NCBI GenBank assembly: GCA_041576165.1
Contig: JBFGLM010000052.1
Span: 1 to 30,537 of the forward strand
Source of the DNA: Acidimicrobiia bacterium
Lineage (GTDB): Bacteria; Actinomycetota; Acidimicrobiia; Spongiisociales; Spongiisociaceae
Length of the DNA: 30,537 bases
Reading direction: 5' to 3'
Made by a program: the position numbers and the translations under genes. How positions within the stretch are numbered: the first letter of the stretch is position 1; each line of letters opens with the position of its first letter. Below, piece after piece: positions 27,332-30,537 of this stretch. The notes beneath the pieces are model-generated. The model was not told where the DNA came from. It saw only the letters and a list, made by a program, of their open reading frames with translations, and did not search any database.

Positions 27332-28062
27332 CAAAGACGATCCGGTTCGAAGTCGCACGACCGGGTGGACGGAACGAGAGGGTGGAGCTTCCCGTCGCGC
27401 GGGTCTACAACACCGGATCAGCCACGCGTGACCCTGAGGCCGCCAGGGCCCACCAGGAGGAGGTCGCCAAGATCGGGATCTCGATCGCGTTCAACGTGCC
27501 CTCACCCCGCATCTACCCGGTGGCCGCGGCGCAGCTCGTCACGGACGACGAGATCGACGTGCTCCACCACCGGACGTCGGGCGAGGCTGAGGTGGTGCTG
27601 CTCCAGGTCGAAAACGAGCTCTATGTCGGGGTGGGATCGGACCACACCGACCGGGCGCTGGAGACCATCTCGATACCGTGGTCGAAGCAGTCGTGTCCCA
27701 ACGTGATGGCGCCCCGGATCTGGCGATGGGAGGACGTCGCCGCCCGGTGGGACGAGTGCGTGCTCAGCTGTGAGATCGACGGAAGCCCCTACTCGACCGT
27801 CGGGGTGGATGTCTTCACTCGCCCCCACGATCTCCTCGGGCAGGTGGCCGAGCGGGTCGATCTCCCAGACGAGGGATTCGCCCTGTTCTGTGGCTCCTAC
27901 GCATCCCTCGACAAGACGATGCGCTACGGCGAGAACTGGGGCATCCGGCTCGACCATCCTGACACTGAAATGTCGATCCAGCACTCGTACCGCGTCGTCG
28001 ACTTGATGCAGGAGATCCACGAGGACTACCGGGTCCCCGTGTTACCGGAGGAGCTGTCGTGA
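27328..28062 (+). CDS. DUF2848 family protein (FAH-like fold)
   Basis: RD..A..HQEE, P..YPV, TSGEAEVV, VGVGSDHTDR.LE, SKQSCP. ATGA overlap with the amidohydrolase stop. Confidence 0.82.
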   Translation: MTKTIRFEVARPGGRNERVELPVARVYNTGSATRDPEAARAHQEEVAKIGISIAFNVPSPRIYPVAAAQLVTDDEIDVLHHRTSGEAEVVLLQVENELYVGVGSDHTDRALETISIPWSKQSCPNVMAPRIWRWEDVAARWDECVLSCEIDGSPYSTVGVDVFTRPHDLLGQVAERVDLPDEGFALFCGSYASLDKTMRYGENWGIRLDHPDTEMSIQHSYRVVDLMQEIHEDYRVPVLPEELS

Positions 28063-28970
28063 CGGGAGTGCTGGATCGTCTTGGGGCGGCCAATCTGGGC
28101 ACACTCGGACTGTGGAGCGGCGGCGCCCAACTAGGTGCTTTGTCGGGGCCGGACGCACGGAGCGCGGCCCGCGAGATCGAGGACCTCGGCTTTGGGGCGT
28201 TGTGGATCCCAGAGTCGACGGGCAAAGAAGCATTCGCCCACGCCGCGATGCTCCTCGCCGCCACCGAGCGGATCGTCGTGGCGACCGGAATCGCCAACAT
28301 CTGGTCGCGGGATGCGATGGCGATGGCCAACGGGGCACGCACGCTCGCGGAGGCTTTCGGAGGCCGCTTTCTGCTCGGGATCGGGATCAGCCATGCCCCA
28401 ACCGTGAATCGTCGTGGGCACCGCTACGACCGGCCTCTCGCCACCATGCGAGAGTACCTAGACGCCATGGAAGCGGCAGCGTACTCGGGACCCGATCCCA
28501 AAGCTCCGGTTCCCGTCGTGATCGGGGCACTGGGACCGAAGATGCTACAGCTCGCGGCCAATCGGACCGCCGGTGCCCACCCGTATTTCGTGCCTGTAGA
28601 GCACACTCGGATGGCACGGGAGGTCATGGGCTACGGGCCGCTGCTGGCACCTGAGCAGGCCGTGGTCCTGCGGGCAGCTCCGGACGCGGCTCGCCAGATC
28701 GCCCGGACCCACATGGCCCGTTACCTCGACCTCGACAACTACACCAACAACCTCCGTCGGCTCGGTTGGGGTGACTATGACTTGGCAGACGGCGGAAGTG
28801 ACGCCCTGGTGGACGCCATTGTCGCTTGGGGCGATGTCTCCGCCGTCGCCGAGCGGGTGCGGGCCCACCAGAAAGCTGGAGCGGACCATGTCTGCGTCCA
28901 GGTATTCGGAGACGAACCGTCCGATTTCCCACTCGGCGACATAACCAGGGTGCGGGAGGCGCTGCGATGA
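28059..28970 (+). CDS. LLM-class, probably F420-dependent oxidoreductase (MSMEG_4141-like), copy 2
   Basis: LWIPE, VATGIANIWSR, GRFLLGIGISH, ALGPKMLQLA, GAHPYFVPVEHT, LAPEQAVV, NYTNNLRRLG, AGADHVCVQ. GTGA overlap. Confidence 0.92.
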   Translation: MTGVLDRLGAANLGTLGLWSGGAQLGALSGPDARSAAREIEDLGFGALWIPESTGKEAFAHAAMLLAATERIVVATGIANIWSRDAMAMANGARTLAEAFGGRFLLGIGISHAPTVNRRGHRYDRPLATMREYLDAMEAAAYSGPDPKAPVPVVIGALGPKMLQLAANRTAGAHPYFVPVEHTRMAREVMGYGPLLAPEQAVVLRAAPDAARQIARTHMARYLDLDNYTNNLRRLGWGDYDLADGGSDALVDAIVAWGDVSAVAERVRAHQKAGADHVCVQVFGDEPSDFPLGDITRVREALR

Positions 28971-28974
28971 GCGG

Positions 28975-29206
28975 TCTCGGGCGACGTGTTCTGGCGATGC
29001 GTGGACCCTTGGCTGCCGTGGCCGGGTTTCGGGCGATTGGTCCAGCTCATGAGCATCGTGAAGGGCCCGGTGCATCATCCTGGCGACGTTACGAACGGAC
29101 TTTGGAGCGAGCGCTTGCCAGTTCGCGAGCCGGACTCCTGGAGTTCCCGATAGAGCTGACGAAGGTGATCGGGTCGGACTTTGGTGAGCTTCAGCGTCGG
29201 AGCGAG
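28975..29206 (-). pseudogene. Tyrosine integrase remnant (core-binding/SAM-like domain), two frameshifts
   Basis: Reconstructed: LKLTKVRPDHLRQLYRELQESGSRTGK / ALAPKSVRNVARMMHRALHDAHELD / IARNPATAAKGPR, with shifts near 29115 and 29038. Matches the L..L.P.HL..LY..L...G....L.PK.VRN....LH.AL..A......RNPA pattern. Confidence 0.78.
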
Positions 29207-29463
29207 CTCTGATCTCCTGTGGGGGAGCCGCCCGCGGACAGAGGTCCCCAAATCGGCTGCACACCCGTGCGGGGTCCTGTAGCGTTCGGGCCGTGGCGGA
29301 GTTGTGGCTCCGGCCGAGGTCGGACGAGTTGAAGGGGAGTGGAGGACGGTGACGCCCGACTAGGGCGATGTCGTGATCGGTCAGGTGCGGAGCTCCGCCT
29401 GATAGATCCCCGCTCGCCTTCTGGATGGTTTGAGTCGCGCGGGAGAGTGGAGAGGAAGGAATC

Positions 29464-30537
29464 ATGAGCACGATCAGACGGGGGCTCGTCTTTGCGGTTC
29501 TTGCTGTCGGCCTGGTGGCGGCGGCGACAGCACCGGCGAGCGCCGATCAATCGACAGCAGCCGATAAGAAGATGGATTTGTTATTCGAATCTCCCAACGA
29601 CGGGGGGTTCACCAACTCCGATATTGCCTTCTGGGGTGACCTGGCCTACGTCGGGAACTACGGCGGCTTCCGGGTCTTCGACGTGTCCGATCCGGCGAAC
29701 CCGACGTTGGTGGCCGACGTCTCCTGCCCGGGTCCTCAGAATGACGTGTCCGTCTGGGATCGTGATAACGATGGCGGGGCCGACATCTTGTTCTTGTCAG
29801 TCGACGCGGTCCTGACCGGTCCAGAGTGCGGTGCCGCTGTTGCGGCGGACGCCCGCGATCCGGACGGCTGGGAGGGTATTCGCATCTTCGACATCAGCGA
29901 TCCCGCGAATCCGTTCCAGATCGGGGCGGTCTACCAGGATTGTGGGTCCCATACCCACACCTTGGTGCCACGGCCGGGCGAGAACCGTCTCTTGCTGTAC
30001 AACTCGTCGTACTCGCTGAGGCCGGGTCCGACGTGCGGCCAGCCGGCTGAAGGACAACCCATCCACCACGATCGCGACCCGCTCCATGGTGTGATCCAGG
30101 TCGTCGAAGTGTCGTGGGACGGCGGCGACCCGCTGGGTCTGGTCACCGCGGTCGAGATCGCAGAGCCACCGATCAACTACCCGGGTGATCCGGACAACGC
30201 CTTCGACCCTGCAGAGCACGGGCTCGGGTTCTTCGACCCGCTGCGAGCATGCCACGACGTCGGCGTACACCTGGGTGTCGGGTTGGCGGCGGGGGCGTGT
30301 GCCGAACAGCTCCAGGTGTGGGAGATCGACGCCAACGGGATTCCGGACACGGCGAATCCGGTCTGGGTCTTCGACGACTCGGTTGATTTGAACGGCGCAA
30401 CCGGCGACCCGGCCGACACGGAGATCGCGGTCGACTTCTGGCACACCGCTCGCTTCACGTGGGACGGCAAGTACGTCCAGGGCGACGACGAGTCGTTCGG
30501 AGGCGGCTGCCCGCCGGTCACGGCGATCGGATTTGGC
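29464..30537 (+). CDS. Secreted LVIVD-repeat (beta-propeller) protein, partial (runs off the right edge)
   Basis: Not in the ORF track (no stop in the window). MSTIRRGLVFAVLAVGLVAAATAPASA signal peptide, then NSDIAFWGDLAYVGNYGGFRVFDVSDPANP..CPGPQNDVSVW, WEGIRIFDISDP, CGSHTHTL, CHDV, FWHTARFTWDGK..DESFGGG. Purine-rich RBS. Confidence 0.88.
   Translation, partial: MSTIRRGLVFAVLAVGLVAAATAPASADQSTAADKKMDLLFESPNDGGFTNSDIAFWGDLAYVGNYGGFRVFDVSDPANPTLVADVSCPGPQNDVSVWDRDNDGGADILFLSVDAVLTGPECGAAVAADARDPDGWEGIRIFDISDPANPFQIGAVYQDCGSHTHTLVPRPGENRLLLYNSSYSLRPGPTCGQPAEGQPIHHDRDPLHGVIQVVEVSWDGGDPLGLVTAVEIAEPPINYPGDPDNAFDPAEHGLGFFDPLRACHDVGVHLGVGLAAGACAEQLQVWEIDANGIPDTANPVWVFDDSVDLNGATGDPADTEIAVDFWHTARFTWDGKYVQGDDESFGGGCPPVTAIGFG

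Noticed and set aside
28967-29212. Plus-strand ORF starting at the ATGA overlap after LLM-2
   Set aside because: No recognisable protein; the minus strand is better explained as an integrase remnant.
29381-29402. Imperfect palindrome TCAGGTGCGGAGCTCCGCCTGA upstream of the LVIVD gene
   Set aside because: Single GC-rich palindrome with no second copy or supporting context.

Overview
High-GC, actinobacterial-looking window (Acidimicrobiia-like by inference: F420-type LLM enzymes, Thr-rich lipoprotein linker, LVIVD protein). 1-2230 is the decayed end of an integrated element: a large serine recombinase fragment joined to a frameshifted VirB6/TrbL-like membrane gene, then tandem arm-type repeats and the 3' half of tRNA-Val(CAC), an att-like site. 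2462-28970 is a ~26.5 kb catabolic cluster with no regulator gene. It encodes a CE4/NodB protein, two alpha/beta hydrolases lacking the nucleophile Ser, an SDR epimerase, two MmgE/PrpD proteins, a cyclase, a cupin, two MFS transporters, two LLM/F420 oxidoreductases, a CMD protein, an OYE/FAD oxidoreductase, an HpcH-like aldolase, a VOC protein, a complete Dpp/Opp-type ABC importer, an amidohydrolase and DUF2848. The most notable feature is missed by the ORF track: a UGSC-family selenoprotein (19455-20039; in-frame UGA in AGD-U-GTC followed by a SECIS-like hairpin), translationally coupled to a conserved uncharacterised partner gene. A twice-frameshifted tyrosine integrase remnant (~28975-29206) closes the cluster on the right, followed by a partial secreted LVIVD-repeat protein. 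All family calls come from motif recognition, not database searches.
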